Of a stretch of 64,000 nt of DNA, positions 9,398-19,577 are shown piece after piece. The notes beneath the pieces are model-generated. The model saw only the letters and a program-made list of their open reading frames with translations. It ran no database searches and was not told the origin of the DNA. Position 1 is the stretch's first letter. Every line of letters begins with the position of its first letter. Made by a program: the position numbers and the translations under genes. Origin of the DNA: a phage; sequence record PZ445442.1. One strand, given 5' to 3'.

Positions 9398-12300
9398 ATG
9401 CTTCCAATCCCTTTGCTAAAACTTGGTCGTCATTTCCTCGATAAGAGGGGTGGAATTAAGGAACTTGCTGTTCTGTCATACCCAATAGACAACAGTGATG
9501 GTACAAGCAACACAGTATCCTATGTAAATAGCTTAGCTATACTTTTTGATGATGGTCAACTTAATATCACGGGCTATAACAGGTTCGGAGAGTGCCGCAC
9601 TGGGGATCTTGACACGATAAACTATCCCAACGAGGCTGCCTGGAACGTTGATCATGTGTGGAGAGCAGACCGTGCGTTTGTGATCCGAACTTTTGATAAC
9701 CAGTTTTTCTACATCGGCTGCACTGCAGGGCTTATTGGGTCTGATGCTGCAGGCGGTAATGATGTTTGTGTAAGAGAGTGGACACCTCTTCCTGAACAGA
9801 TCGTTAAAGGATTGCACCTTGACACCCACCCAGAGCGCCTTATTGAGGTGATGGGTGGTATTAACAACACTGTCTGGGTTATTGCAGAGGCAGAAGGCAC
9901 TGGCATACTTAACCTGTATGGGTCTGGTAACAACACCTACGGATCTTTGCATGTAGATAAAAATCAGCATGCAACCCCTGTAAAGATTGGTGAGACATCG
10001 GAAAATCCTGAAACAGGCCCTTGGAAAAACCCAAGCATCAACTGCGAGGTGCATGACAACTCTGTTATTTTCGGTGGTCCTAGGGGTTTCTGGATTGCTG
10101 GATACGACTTTCTGAGAAATAACAGTAGAAACGACCTTGTTTGGCCTCCTGTGCAGATCACTCGTAACGATTTGAGGGGCATTCCTGCAGATGAGGAGTG
10201 GAAAGGGTTTATGTGTGGTCCTAACGGGGCAATAATTGCCACACAGAGGATGCATAGACCCGATGACCAGCAGCTTGTTAACGTATTCTACGGGCAAGAC
10301 GTTTGGGGAGATGACACATGGCGTTCCTTAAATATCACCTACACCCATGAGGTAATAATGGCTCGTGGGTACGGCACAAGTGGCATTTTCTTCAATAATG
10401 GCACTAAGCAGTATCGTGGATTCTCTCGCAACTTGTGTAATGATATTGGCGCACAATCTGCAAACAATAGCCCTAGGGCCAATTTTATCCACTATCAAGC
10501 TCTTGCTACAGCTAAATATGTTGAGCAACGCCTGCCAGTTAGCTGGACAGAGAGTGTTTATTTCCAAGGCATCCACAGGGAAGGTTTCTTAGGAACCTTT
10601 ACTGTTGTTAATGGTAAACTTTGGTGGTCAGGCATCCCAAGGGGGAGTTTTGCAGGCTCTAACAACCTGTTTGGCGGCAGACTTAATAGTCAGGGGTTCA
10701 CAGAGGTTCCTGAGAATTGGTATAAAAATGTCCCAGTAGACAGTTGGGGTGTTGATGATATTTTCGACGTTAACGGTGTTAGCAGCGTTAGCAATATTTA
10801 CATTGGTGACACGGTCAAGATGAAATTGAAGCCTCAGCCAGAAGGGGCTACGTTCATTATTGACAAGATTGAACTGGTAAATGCTGCAGGCACGGTTGTT
10901 ACAGATGCAAATTACCAATTCTCCACCAACTGGAACCACGGCGGGGCCAATGAAGTTGTTGTTACCCAGTATAACAGAAATGTTAACAGACGTGGCCTGT
11001 ACTCTGTAAAAATAACTTATCATGACAAGCATGGCACAGGCAGAACCCATACGACAAGGACTTTGAACTGGAACACCATAGTTCCTGCGTATCCGTCTAA
11101 CGGCAAGTGGCATACCGTTGGTAGAAACAAGCAGTTCCATGTTAACGATACTGTATACTTTGGGCTGAATGGTACTCAGCCTGCAGTAGAAGGTGATACA
11201 TCATATATGGTCCGACTCCACAGAATGGATGCTGGATCAGTCACTTACGATGTTACCCAAGAGATTTATGATCAGAGAAGAAATACCTACAACAACTTGG
11301 TGCAGACACAGGCCGTATGGGAGTTCAACCCTAACGGCAGAGGTGGTAAAATGTTGCAGGTTAACGAGCAAAACGGAACGTCGTTAACTGTCCACGAACA
11401 CCCAGACCCTTGGCCTGATCCTGGAAAACCTCACCCAGGCGCTCGTACGCTGAAAATTGTCAGCCATGATGTAGGATATTTCGGAATACGCTGGGAAGCT
11501 ACAGTAAGGTATGCCGACGGGACAACAAACAACATAGGGATTACACTTGGGGGCACCAGTGAGGATAACTCGCTGAAAATTGCCTACACTCCTAGAGGTA
11601 TTTCTATTGATAATATGGATGTTGTTCGCAACGGTTACGGGGATGTGAACATCAAAGTTACTCTTGGTGAACATCTTGGCGGGGAAAGGATCATCATGTA
11701 CGCCTTTGATCACGACCCACGCACTGACGGAACCTATGCAGACCAAGCGTGGAGCTACCTGATAAGCGCACCTGAGCCAAATACCAAAGAATTCTACTAC
11801 GGTATGAAACGGGATGTGTGCAAGAAAACAGGGACACATGACTGGATTGCAATCTGCGTTAAAGATGAACGTACCGCTTGGGACGAGCCTGTTAACAGAT
11901 GGTTCATAGGAATTCCCACTCGAAGTGATAAATACGTTGAAGAATATATTGTATGCATGGGCGGCACCAACCTCAACATGTGTTGGAACGAGGATGCAAA
12001 CAAATACTCTGATTATGATTATATGAGGGATTACTCTTGCAATCAATGGTTTAACCAAACCGGGTATGCTAATCGACAGTCAAGAGTAAACCCTGCAATC
12101 TTTACAGATACGCAGGTTTTCTTGACAAAACAGGCCAACGAGGTTCAGACCTTCAAGAACAAATACGACCCTAACAAGTGGTTTTATAACTGTTATGGCG
12201 CATTTTTCTGGGGGCCAGGGGAACTGCCTAACGGGGGATCTTGCTTCGAGGCTGCAACTTACGCCAGTGATTACATCATGGGGCAGGTTAAGAAGTATAA

Positions 12301-15031
12301 GATAATTCCAGGGCCTGAAACTCTTGGTAATGCCGTTGATCCTTATATCATCATGACTGCGCTGAGATCAAACATGGACGGGACATCTATGTCTATGCAG
12401 ATCCCAGTAACAAATGGGTACAAACGTGTTGTGATGATTATTAAGTGTGACTTAATAGGTAAACAAGTCCTTGCAGAAAACGGGACCTCCACACATCCTT
12501 TTGAAATTGCTCTGTACTATCAGTTTGCTGACTCACCTTTTTCAGGAGATAAGAGAATATCTGATACAGATGCGCAGCGTTGTAAGAAGGTATTGTTGGG
12601 TGCAGGTTGGTGGTGGTATGAATTTGATTTAACAGACAAATTCACCGACACGTCAAAAGTTGTAACAGGACTTCGTCTAGACCTTGGCGAGAACATGCAC
12701 AAAGCTGTTTGTGATGGCACCTATGGTGACCCTACAGTATATCTGAAGTATGTCTCTTTTGAGCATCCGGAAGATGTTGTTTACGGTCCAAAACTGAGAT
12801 TGTTTGGCAGTTGGATTGCAAAAGACAGGGTAGGCATGGGTAAAAAGGTAAGAGGGTTCTTGGTTGATGCAGGAACAGAAGACATGCTGGTTAATGCAGT
12901 GTGGCCTGAATTACCTGGGACTCAGTGGGATAACTCAGCCAAGTCTATAAACTGGTTCAACATTCACAGAGCTATGTGGACCACTAACTGCTATTTGTGG
13001 AGAGAGCTTAACGATCAGGCTTTTGGCTTCAGTAACGGCAGAAGGATGGCGATCATTTGCTGGACAACGCTGCAAAGATGTTATGACCATGACTACGAGA
13101 TTGGGGGCAGGGCATGGAAAAACATCAGGGATAGAATCATAACCAATTTTGCAGACGACAACGGCGGTGGAGCACATAACTTCGGCACAAGTAGACTTAT
13201 TCACTTGAATGGGTCATCCGCGTATAAGAAAGAGGGTTACTCCGGATCCATGATCGAGTGGGGTCTGGTGAAAGATGCTCGCGTATTGATGGGTCAACAA
13301 CTTGCTGCTGCAATAGGCCCTAACGCAGTGCAGTCTGTTAAGCCAGCGTGGTTCGATATACCAATATGGTCATCTGGAACACCGGGAACTGCGGCAATCA
13401 ACCCTACCACGGGGGATTTGGAAATCTCTTGGGAGGACTTAAAGCAGGTTGGTGGCTGGGATAAGACAGGGTACCAGGTACAATGGTGGAGATCTGACGG
13501 ATCGTTAGCAGCTGATGAGTTTGTTAAGGACAATTTCTACACTATGTCCTCTGCAAAAGCCCAGCAATTGTTTGGTCAGGCCACTCCGTCAACAATCACC
13601 ATGTCTATGTGTTGTAAAGACAACAGAACTGGAGCTTTGGGACCAAGGGTTGCTAAAGTTTTCTCAGGTATTAAATGGAATCTCCCTGTTCAAAGTGTTT
13701 CATGGAAGCAAATAGGTGATAACAAGCTACTGGTTACTCCTGCCTGCCAGTTCAACGCAACCCTCAACGTTGATCCGGCTGTTGCAGCAAACTCAGCTAA
13801 AGCTTCTGACTTCTCTGTGTCTAACACTGCCATGGCAGATGTGAGAAAGATTGATACACTGAATGCCAGAATTACCTGTAAAAACACTTATGGCACATTC
13901 CAGATCATCAACAACTTCACAGATGCTGATTCTAAGGTAGTGAGAACAGCAAGCCAGACTATGCAGTTGGGAACTCTGGCATACTCTGCCTTGATCACTG
14001 AACAATCTCCTACCCTTCAGGGTGGGGGTGTTGGTAAGTTGATCACAACACCTGTGTGGAAGCCAAATGAGTGGGTTGTGTTTGATTTGACTGTAGACTT
14101 CTCCAGTGACAATAACTGGACATGGGTAAGGAATTGCTTGTCACAGTTGATGGGTGGTCCAAGCTCTGTTAGTGATAGCCACGACTCTACTGACCCGAGC
14201 GTGTTCCAGGTGGGTAAAACTCACCCAGAAACTGGGGCACAGTTGCCTGACAGGAAGTATGCTTTGGTTTGCATCTCCAACGGCAAGGCAGATGTAACCT
14301 TCTCAGGGACACACGCATATAACGGCACTTACAACTTCTCTAAAAAGTACAGCCTCAAGGCAGGTAACATTGTAGATGAAGTTGGTGCGTTGTATAATCC
14401 AGGTAACGGCATAGGGATTGTGGGCGGTAAACTGCAGATGCAGGAACCTTCTATTACCCCTTCCAATGTGCCAGGGATTAGAAAGACTTGGGAAAGTAGT
14501 AATACTAACATTGCAACAGTGGATGCTACCACAGGATTGGTAACATTTAAAGCCCCTGGTAATGTCACTATAAAGTTTGTAGTTACGGATGATGCAGGCC
14601 GCAAAACGTCTTCAACATCTTTCACTGTCAGACAGATGGCACCTCAGTGGAGAATGTGGATAGGCACAGCAACAAACGGGGCATACCCTAATCCGGCAGG
14701 GACTTCTGGTATGAAGACTTTCTCTACAAGCAAGCCGATGGAGTACGGCAGCGGTCCTAAGGTAGGGCAGATGGTGTACTTTGGTGCATATATTCCTGAA
14801 ATTATAGGGCTTCCGAGAAGTCAGCTTCAGTTGCTGTTTGGAGCTGGTGTTGACGAGCTTGCCACTTTTGGGTATAGCGACAACATCGAGGCTGCAAGGA
14901 GTTCCGGATGGGTAGGGTTCAGAATGGAGTCTGGAAAGGAAGGCAGGATTCTAGGGACAGCCTCTATAGGTGTTATGTTCCCTGGTGACCAGCAGTATCG
15001 TCTGGGAGCCTACGCGACTTTCTCTCTTTAA
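9398..15031 (+). CDS. giant virion protein (1877 aa) with BIG2-like Ig domain, probable adhesin/tail protein
   Basis: Single uninterrupted 5.6-kb ORF; C-terminal region around 14430-14640 resembles a bacterial Ig-like group 2 domain (ATVDATTGLVTFKAPGNVTI); RBS GGAG. Confidence 0.6.
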   Translation: MLPIPLLKLGRHFLDKRGGIKELAVLSYPIDNSDGTSNTVSYVNSLAILFDDGQLNITGYNRFGECRTGDLDTINYPNEAAWNVDHVWRADRAFVIRTFDNQFFYIGCTAGLIGSDAAGGNDVCVREWTPLPEQIVKGLHLDTHPERLIEVMGGINNTVWVIAEAEGTGILNLYGSGNNTYGSLHVDKNQHATPVKIGETSENPETGPWKNPSINCEVHDNSVIFGGPRGFWIAGYDFLRNNSRNDLVWPPVQITRNDLRGIPADEEWKGFMCGPNGAIIATQRMHRPDDQQLVNVFYGQDVWGDDTWRSLNITYTHEVIMARGYGTSGIFFNNGTKQYRGFSRNLCNDIGAQSANNSPRANFIHYQALATAKYVEQRLPVSWTESVYFQGIHREGFLGTFTVVNGKLWWSGIPRGSFAGSNNLFGGRLNSQGFTEVPENWYKNVPVDSWGVDDIFDVNGVSSVSNIYIGDTVKMKLKPQPEGATFIIDKIELVNAAGTVVTDANYQFSTNWNHGGANEVVVTQYNRNVNRRGLYSVKITYHDKHGTGRTHTTRTLNWNTIVPAYPSNGKWHTVGRNKQFHVNDTVYFGLNGTQPAVEGDTSYMVRLHRMDAGSVTYDVTQEIYDQRRNTYNNLVQTQAVWEFNPNGRGGKMLQVNEQNGTSLTVHEHPDPWPDPGKPHPGARTLKIVSHDVGYFGIRWEATVRYADGTTNNIGITLGGTSEDNSLKIAYTPRGISIDNMDVVRNGYGDVNIKVTLGEHLGGERIIMYAFDHDPRTDGTYADQAWSYLISAPEPNTKEFYYGMKRDVCKKTGTHDWIAICVKDERTAWDEPVNRWFIGIPTRSDKYVEEYIVCMGGTNLNMCWNEDANKYSDYDYMRDYSCNQWFNQTGYANRQSRVNPAIFTDTQVFLTKQANEVQTFKNKYDPNKWFYNCYGAFFWGPGELPNGGSCFEAATYASDYIMGQVKKYKIIPGPETLGNAVDPYIIMTALRSNMDGTSMSMQIPVTNGYKRVVMIIKCDLIGKQVLAENGTSTHPFEIALYYQFADSPFSGDKRISDTDAQRCKKVLLGAGWWWYEFDLTDKFTDTSKVVTGLRLDLGENMHKAVCDGTYGDPTVYLKYVSFEHPEDVVYGPKLRLFGSWIAKDRVGMGKKVRGFLVDAGTEDMLVNAVWPELPGTQWDNSAKSINWFNIHRAMWTTNCYLWRELNDQAFGFSNGRRMAIICWTTLQRCYDHDYEIGGRAWKNIRDRIITNFADDNGGGAHNFGTSRLIHLNGSSAYKKEGYSGSMIEWGLVKDARVLMGQQLAAAIGPNAVQSVKPAWFDIPIWSSGTPGTAAINPTTGDLEISWEDLKQVGGWDKTGYQVQWWRSDGSLAADEFVKDNFYTMSSAKAQQLFGQATPSTITMSMCCKDNRTGALGPRVAKVFSGIKWNLPVQSVSWKQIGDNKLLVTPACQFNATLNVDPAVAANSAKASDFSVSNTAMADVRKIDTLNARITCKNTYGTFQIINNFTDADSKVVRTASQTMQLGTLAYSALITEQSPTLQGGGVGKLITTPVWKPNEWVVFDLTVDFSSDNNWTWVRNCLSQLMGGPSSVSDSHDSTDPSVFQVGKTHPETGAQLPDRKYALVCISNGKADVTFSGTHAYNGTYNFSKKYSLKAGNIVDEVGALYNPGNGIGIVGGKLQMQEPSITPSNVPGIRKTWESSNTNIATVDATTGLVTFKAPGNVTIKFVVTDDAGRKTSSTSFTVRQMAPQWRMWIGTATNGAYPNPAGTSGMKTFSTSKPMEYGSGPKVGQMVYFGAYIPEIIGLPRSQLQLLFGAGVDELATFGYSDNIEAARSSGWVGFRMESGKEGRILGTASIGVMFPGDQQYRLGAYATFSL

Positions 15032-15044
15032 CAAGTAGTAGATA

Positions 15045-15075
15045 AAAAAGGGCCATTTGGCCCCTTTCTTTTTAT
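15045..15075. terminator. bidirectional Rho-independent terminator between convergent genes
   Basis: AAAAAGGGCC-ATTT-GGCCCCTTTCTTTTT: GC stem flanked by A-run and T-run, between + gene end 15031 and - gene end 15078. Confidence 0.65.
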
Positions 15076-15077
15076 AG

Positions 15078-15278
15078 TTAGTAATACTCCCAACATGCCC
15101 CATCTTCAGACGGCTTGACGCGCTTACCTTTATGGTCAACATAGGTATAGCCACAACCTTCACAAATAACAGGTGCCGCATAACCTTCCTTCCACTGGTC
15201 TTCTGTGATCAGTCCTTCCAGATCTCTGCAGTCAAAACCAAACAACTCTTCAGAACAATCTTTGCAAAAATCAGCCAT
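15078..15278 (-). CDS. zinc-ribbon protein
   Basis: 66 aa with CxxC...CxxC pairs (CKDC, CEGC). Confidence 0.45.
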   Translation of the reverse strand: MADFCKDCSEELFGFDCRDLEGLITEDQWKEGYAAPVICEGCGYTYVDHKGKRVKPSEDGACWEYY

Positions 15279-15281
15279 TTC

Positions 15282-15746
15282 TCAGTCCTCGCATTTAACA
15301 AATTTTTCTACAGATCCACCAAGCACAGCTTGTTGTTTGATGGCACTTACTTCATCATAGTGGATAGACTTATGTTCCGTACCTCCGAACTTACCTGTGT
15401 GGAAGGTGTGCACCCAAATCTCTTTAGGAAGGGATTTATTCTCTTCCTCCACCAACTCCCACATACCCCACAAGTGATCTGTGATATCTCTGATGAAATA
15501 TCCCTCGCCGAGGTTTGTATTCACACTGTAAGCTGATTCGTGATCTCCGCAAATATAACGGAAGGCAGTGTACTCTTTACCTGGTGTGAAGTGAGTATCC
15601 ATTAGTATGGCTGTTAAAGAATAAGGGTCTCGAAAGCCCAAGAACTTTAGTTTAACAATTTCGACATTTACATCTGCAAGATTATCCATGACGATCTCCT
15701 CTGTTTGGTTGGTGAGAATTATATATAGATCTGGTGGTGGTGTCAA
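15282..15746 (-). CDS. hypothetical protein (weak phosphoesterase-like GDHE motif)
   Basis: 154-aa ORF; only a GDHE and a later His-rich patch, so function is unassigned. Confidence 0.4.
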   Translation of the reverse strand: MTPPPDLYIILTNQTEEIVMDNLADVNVEIVKLKFLGFRDPYSLTAILMDTHFTPGKEYTAFRYICGDHESAYSVNTNLGEGYFIRDITDHLWGMWELVEEENKSLPKEIWVHTFHTGKFGGTEHKSIHYDEVSAIKQQAVLGGSVEKFVKCED

Positions 15747-15850
15747 GCTTAATTTTAAGAGATCTGAGAGGGTATTTTATTCAGGAAGGCAATCGCACAG
15801 GGTGGGGAAATTTATGAAGGCACAGGCCTCGTTTGAGGCCTTAAATTCTA

Positions 15851-16231
15851 TTATGACACTTTGACATAGCGCTCTGACAAAGCTGGGAAGCCAAAAGTAG
15901 TGCCTATACTACCGTACGCTATCCACCATTGAAGTTCATCGTGACACCATTTTCCGATCAGAAAGGTGCTGGGGTAGCGGGTCAGTATTTTGGCATAAGC
16001 TTTAGGATCTGCATCTTCTGGGATAATGATGCTTGGAATATCTTTGTTATGACCACAGCAGCAGTTTAGCGTTTTCAAACCTGCTGCCCACAAACTCATG
16101 ATAGGCTTAGCCATACACTTATCAAGGCACACACGTTTTTTGCCGTCACGAAGATTTTTAGGCACATCAACGATAACATTTGGATGCTTGGCACCTTTCA
16201 CTTTCCAATTATAGGATTTACACTTGCACAT
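15851..16231 (-). CDS. hypothetical Cys-rich protein
   Basis: 126 aa with many Cys (CKCK, CCCGH, WCH); likely metal-binding. Confidence 0.4.
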   Translation of the reverse strand: MCKCKSYNWKVKGAKHPNVIVDVPKNLRDGKKRVCLDKCMAKPIMSLWAAGLKTLNCCCGHNKDIPSIIIPEDADPKAYAKILTRYPSTFLIGKWCHDELQWWIAYGSIGTTFGFPALSERYVKVS

Positions 16232-16457
16232 TTAATCAGTCTCCGTCTAGAAAGCCGCACTATACGTTTTTGAGGTATACTTTACTTAAAGTCTTTATCA
16301 CCTGCCACGATTGCATGAATCCACTCATTGTGATGCTCAATAGCGGTGAGATGTAACATGATGTAGTGATCGTCATTGCCAAACATGGTATGATAGGCTT
16401 TGGCAGCATTTTGATATAACTTCCACATCAGGTAGTGATATCTTCGCCTCATGGCTC

Positions 16458-16928
16458 TTACTCCGGTTCAGGATCTGGGTAATCTTCAATAATAAAGGGC
16501 CATCCGTTCCGCTTAGCCTCAGACTTATACTCAATCTCCTTCATTGCAAACTCTAACTGATTCTTAGCCGGAATACATGCCGGAGAATCATCAATCCAGA
16601 TATCTGGGTAGATATCAAACTGCGCCAGGTAGGCTGCCTTCTGAACACCACCTGTGTAGAACACACCAACATCGAGCTCCTTGCGCCAATACTCAATGTC
16701 TACATTGTCTTGAGTAATGAATCGGAAAGTCACAAGGTAGACTGTCCACCCCTCCTTCTTCAGATCCCTGATCAGGCGGGAGAAGATGAAAGGGCTCGCA
16801 TTAAACGTTCCATCAAAGTCGATGGCAATGATGTGCGTGCCGTGGCGAGTCTCATATGGATTGCTCGTGGTAAGATTGCTGTAATTAAAAGGGACTTCTT
16901 CCCCGCAGTAGCTGTAGTCCATATTCAC
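16458..16928 (-). CDS. HAD-superfamily phosphatase (nucleotidase-like)
   Basis: 156 aa with HAD motif I IIAIDFDGTF, conserved Thr (YLVTF), Lys and terminal IWIDD. Confidence 0.55.
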   Translation of the reverse strand: MNMDYSYCGEEVPFNYSNLTTSNPYETRHGTHIIAIDFDGTFNASPFIFSRLIRDLKKEGWTVYLVTFRFITQDNVDIEYWRKELDVGVFYTGGVQKAAYLAQFDIYPDIWIDDSPACIPAKNQLEFAMKEIEYKSEAKRNGWPFIIEDYPDPEPE

Positions 16929-17200
16929 ACCTTCTCGTTGATAAATTTACGGGCGGTTTGGTGAGTTGTTTCTGCTGTCTTCAGAATGATATTAATTTTA
17001 TCGTCAAGATCATTCATCTCGGCAGTTAATTCAGGAATCTCTCCGGCATGCATGGTGAAATCATACATAGACATGCCCAAGATCTCATTGATGCGGCGGT
17101 TGCATTCTGCAGCACGCTGGTTCATTTTCCAAGCTAACACCAAAGCCTCCTGCGTAGCCTCTAGTGCAAAATCTAATACGTCGGCCTCTTCTTTCGTCAT
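16925..17200 (-). CDS. hypothetical protein
   Basis: 91-aa ORF, 4-nt overlap with downstream gene (coupled). Confidence 0.4.
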   Translation of the reverse strand: MTKEEADVLDFALEATQEALVLAWKMNQRAAECNRRINEILGMSMYDFTMHAGEIPELTAEMNDLDDKINIILKTAETTHQTARKFINEKV

Positions 17201-17257
17201 CTTAGTCTCTCCTGTTGTATTGTTGGTAGGTGTATGAATACCTTATAACTCACCTTT

Positions 17258-17824
17258 TTATTCAAACTGCAATAGTAAGTCCACCACCGCGCTAGGTCTG
17301 TCAACAAATTCCCCAGGTCCACATGCCCACAGAGGGTATCCGTCTACATACCGCCAAATCCAACCTGCAGTGTGGAGTTCGAGCAGGGCAGTACCGTCCT
17401 TACTGTCAACCACTCTTTCCCACAGTGTCGGGCAGCGAAGCTTGAGGATCGGATCCCCTCCCTTATACCCATCCATGTAGATACCCATTGCAAAGTTCAG
17501 TATCATCTTTTTGTGCACTGATCTTTTACTGAGGGTACTCATCACTTCCTCTTTGTGAATGTTTGTAAGCTTCTCCTTGGCTACCCGCAGATCGTTGCAA
17601 CCATTGTTCAGCAGATCTTCCAGACACTTGATCCGAAGGTCGTGAATGTCTTTGTCGTGTACCGTTGGCACAGGGTCGTAGCGGTATAGCACTGTTGATA
17701 CAAGGTTGCTCGGGTGTGGGTCTGACAGCAACCCATAACCCCAATACTCTTCTGTATCTGAAAGGACAAGACACCCAATGTCTCTGTCAAGCTTTCCTGT
17801 GTTGTAAGCCACATTGACCGCCAT
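17258..17824 (-). CDS. hypothetical protein
   Basis: 188-aa ORF in minus-strand accessory block. Confidence 0.45.
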   Translation of the reverse strand: MAVNVAYNTGKLDRDIGCLVLSDTEEYWGYGLLSDPHPSNLVSTVLYRYDPVPTVHDKDIHDLRIKCLEDLLNNGCNDLRVAKEKLTNIHKEEVMSTLSKRSVHKKMILNFAMGIYMDGYKGGDPILKLRCPTLWERVVDSKDGTALLELHTAGWIWRYVDGYPLWACGPGEFVDRPSAVVDLLLQFE

Positions 17825-17826
17825 GA

Positions 17827-18072
17827 CTATAGCTCCACTAGCAAAGTGCTTTCAAAGTGACGTTCATGCAGACCGTTGTAAGGGACCACTTCCACAACGC
17901 CATCACGGACATATGGGGCCATCATGGTGGTATAATCTCCAAACGGGTTGGTATTGTCACTAACCACAACCACCTTCTGCCCTTCCTTGGCAGAGTGCCA
18001 AATAGATCTGCACTTCATCAGGTGTTCGAGAGCCCCAGGTAAAATTTTGTTACGTTCTTTACGGGTCTTCAT
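17827..18072 (-). CDS. hypothetical protein
   Basis: 81-aa ORF, tightly packed. Confidence 0.4.
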   Translation of the reverse strand: MKTRKERNKILPGALEHLMKCRSIWHSAKEGQKVVVVSDNTNPFGDYTTMMAPYVRDGVVEVVPYNGLHERHFESTLLVEL

Positions 18073-18518
18073 AACAGGTATAGCTCCTTATGAAAGTGAT
18101 CTTTTAATTTCTCACTGAGAAACTTCTTGATACCTTCCTCTAAAGTGTTTTCGATGTAGTCCAGCTTAACTGCTTCGATGGACATATCATAGATCGCCAG
18201 CTCTAAGCTGTCAAGTCCCATCATAGCATGAACCATAAGATTTTCATCTTCAGATACATTCAGGGGACTTCCTATAACATCTGGAGGCAGAATAGTTTCC
18301 CAATTATTCTGGGTGGTAGTTCTCCCTCCCTCTACTTTACGGCGCAGTTCGAATGTGTTCTTAGTGTAGAACACTTCATAAGAAACGATACGACTGTCGC
18401 TCTCGTAATAAACGAAGTTCAGGTAGGAGCCTAGCCGCAGTCGGCAAACTTCTACCCCAAACCATTGTTTCTTATAAGAATTCAGGCTAATGCTGTCGCA
18501 TTCACGTTTGCTCAACAC
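18069..18518 (-). CDS. hypothetical protein
   Basis: 149-aa ORF, 4-nt overlap with downstream gene. Confidence 0.45.
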   Translation of the reverse strand: MLSKRECDSISLNSYKKQWFGVEVCRLRLGSYLNFVYYESDSRIVSYEVFYTKNTFELRRKVEGGRTTTQNNWETILPPDVIGSPLNVSEDENLMVHAMMGLDSLELAIYDMSIEAVKLDYIENTLEEGIKKFLSEKLKDHFHKELYLL

Positions 18519-18534
18519 GGCTCTCTCCTTTTTG

Positions 18535-18771
18535 TTAATCTTCGTAAATCAGGATTTCTGCTTTAGGTTTTCGTGCTTTCATGTCCAGCTCTATCCAGTG
18601 CACCATAGCTGTTTCAAGAAAAACAGCCTGGATGCATCCGTCCTCAGCAGCGTGTCCTAGCAGCATAACAAGATCTTCTCCTTCGTCATCTGCATCACGA
18701 ACATACAGAATCTCCCCGGGTTCAAAATCTTTAACAACCTGATTGTTGGATAATTTACGAATTTTCGCCAT
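18535..18771 (-). CDS. small protein, member of tandem paralog family A
   Basis: 78 aa; shares the PGE/GTVV...hydrophobic core...E.D pattern with the three upstream 87-aa paralogs. Confidence 0.45.
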   Translation of the reverse strand: MAKIRKLSNNQVVKDFEPGEILYVRDADDEGEDLVMLLGHAAEDGCIQAVFLETAMVHWIELDMKARKPKAEILIYED

Positions 18772-18772
18772 A

Positions 18773-19036
18773 TCAGAAACCCTCTAAAAAGCTCTTGTAG
18801 AAAACAATCTCAGTATCCACACCAGTCACAATCTTGTCGTTCCTGATTTCATCGGTAAGATAGGTGTCAAAACGCAGAACCTGTGTGGTGTTGTCACACA
18901 TCCACTCAGCTGTGACCATTGCGAAAATCTTAGCATCTTCATTATCTGGTGTGAATGTTACCACCTCACCGCACTTAAACTTTTCGATAGGCTGAGTGTT
19001 AGCTTTCGGTTCTGCGATAGTGATTTTTGTGGTCAT
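18773..19036 (-). CDS. small protein, tandem paralog family A
   Basis: 87 aa; CGEVVTF...VTGVDTEIVF resembles neighbours. Confidence 0.5.
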   Translation of the reverse strand: MTTKITIAEPKANTQPIEKFKCGEVVTFTPDNEDAKIFAMVTAEWMCDNTTQVLRFDTYLTDEIRNDKIVTGVDTEIVFYKSFLEGF

Positions 19037-19299
19037 TATTCTCCTCCTTCTTTTGAATAGCTTGTCTCTCCAAGGATGGTAATTTTGGTGTCAAGCTCTG
19101 TAACTTTCATGTTTGGCGGCAGATCGTACAACTCATTATTTTCTAAATCGAACCCCCACACACAATGTTCTCCTGTTTTGACAATCATAACTATGTTTTG
19201 AATGCCGTCTCCGTCGCAACTTACCACGGTCCCACACGGAAAACTGTCTGCACGCTTTTTGTTCTTCACCTTAGAATTGAATACAATGCTGGTAGCCAT
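19036..19299 (-). CDS. small protein, tandem paralog family A
   Basis: 87 aa; PCGTVVSC...VTELDTKITILGE resembles neighbours. Confidence 0.5.
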   Translation of the reverse strand: MATSIVFNSKVKNKKRADSFPCGTVVSCDGDGIQNIVMIVKTGEHCVWGFDLENNELYDLPPNMKVTELDTKITILGETSYSKEGGE

Positions 19300-19562
19300 T
19301 ATTGTTCCTCCACCATAACTTCGCCAAGAATTTCTATGCAGGCATCCATTTCTGTAACAACCAAACTGTGAGGCAGTTCTACAAACACCTTTCTGAACAG
19401 GTCAAATACCCCAACATATATGTTTGCAGGATGTGATTTTACAACAAGTGCTGTATTCACATCCCCAAGTTCATCAACAAACATCACCACAGTGCCTGGA
19501 GCTACTGAGGACAGATACTTCTTAGTTTTACGGTTTGATGCAAATTTTAACTCTGTTGCCAT
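19299..19562 (-). CDS. small protein, tandem paralog family A
   Basis: 87 aa; APGTVVMF...VTEMDACIEILGE resembles neighbours; start and stop overlap neighbours. Confidence 0.5.
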   Translation of the reverse strand: MATELKFASNRKTKKYLSSVAPGTVVMFVDELGDVNTALVVKSHPANIYVGVFDLFRKVFVELPHSLVVTEMDACIEILGEVMVEEQ

Positions 19563-19577
19563 AAATAACCTCCTCTC

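Noticed and set aside
9533-12058. Minus-strand ORFs inside the 1877-aa gene (9533..10297, 10628..11140, 11384..12058)
   Set aside because: They lie antisense within a long, uninterrupted plus-strand gene, have no RBS and show no motifs; treated as shadow ORFs. The same applies to antisense ORFs inside other large genes (610..939, 19165..19371, 20043..20531, 36004..36558, 39860..40363).
15282-15746. Calling 15282..15746 a metallophosphoesterase
   Set aside because: Only a GDHE tetrapeptide and a His-rich patch are present; the protein is too short and lacks the other signature motifs, so it is left as hypothetical.
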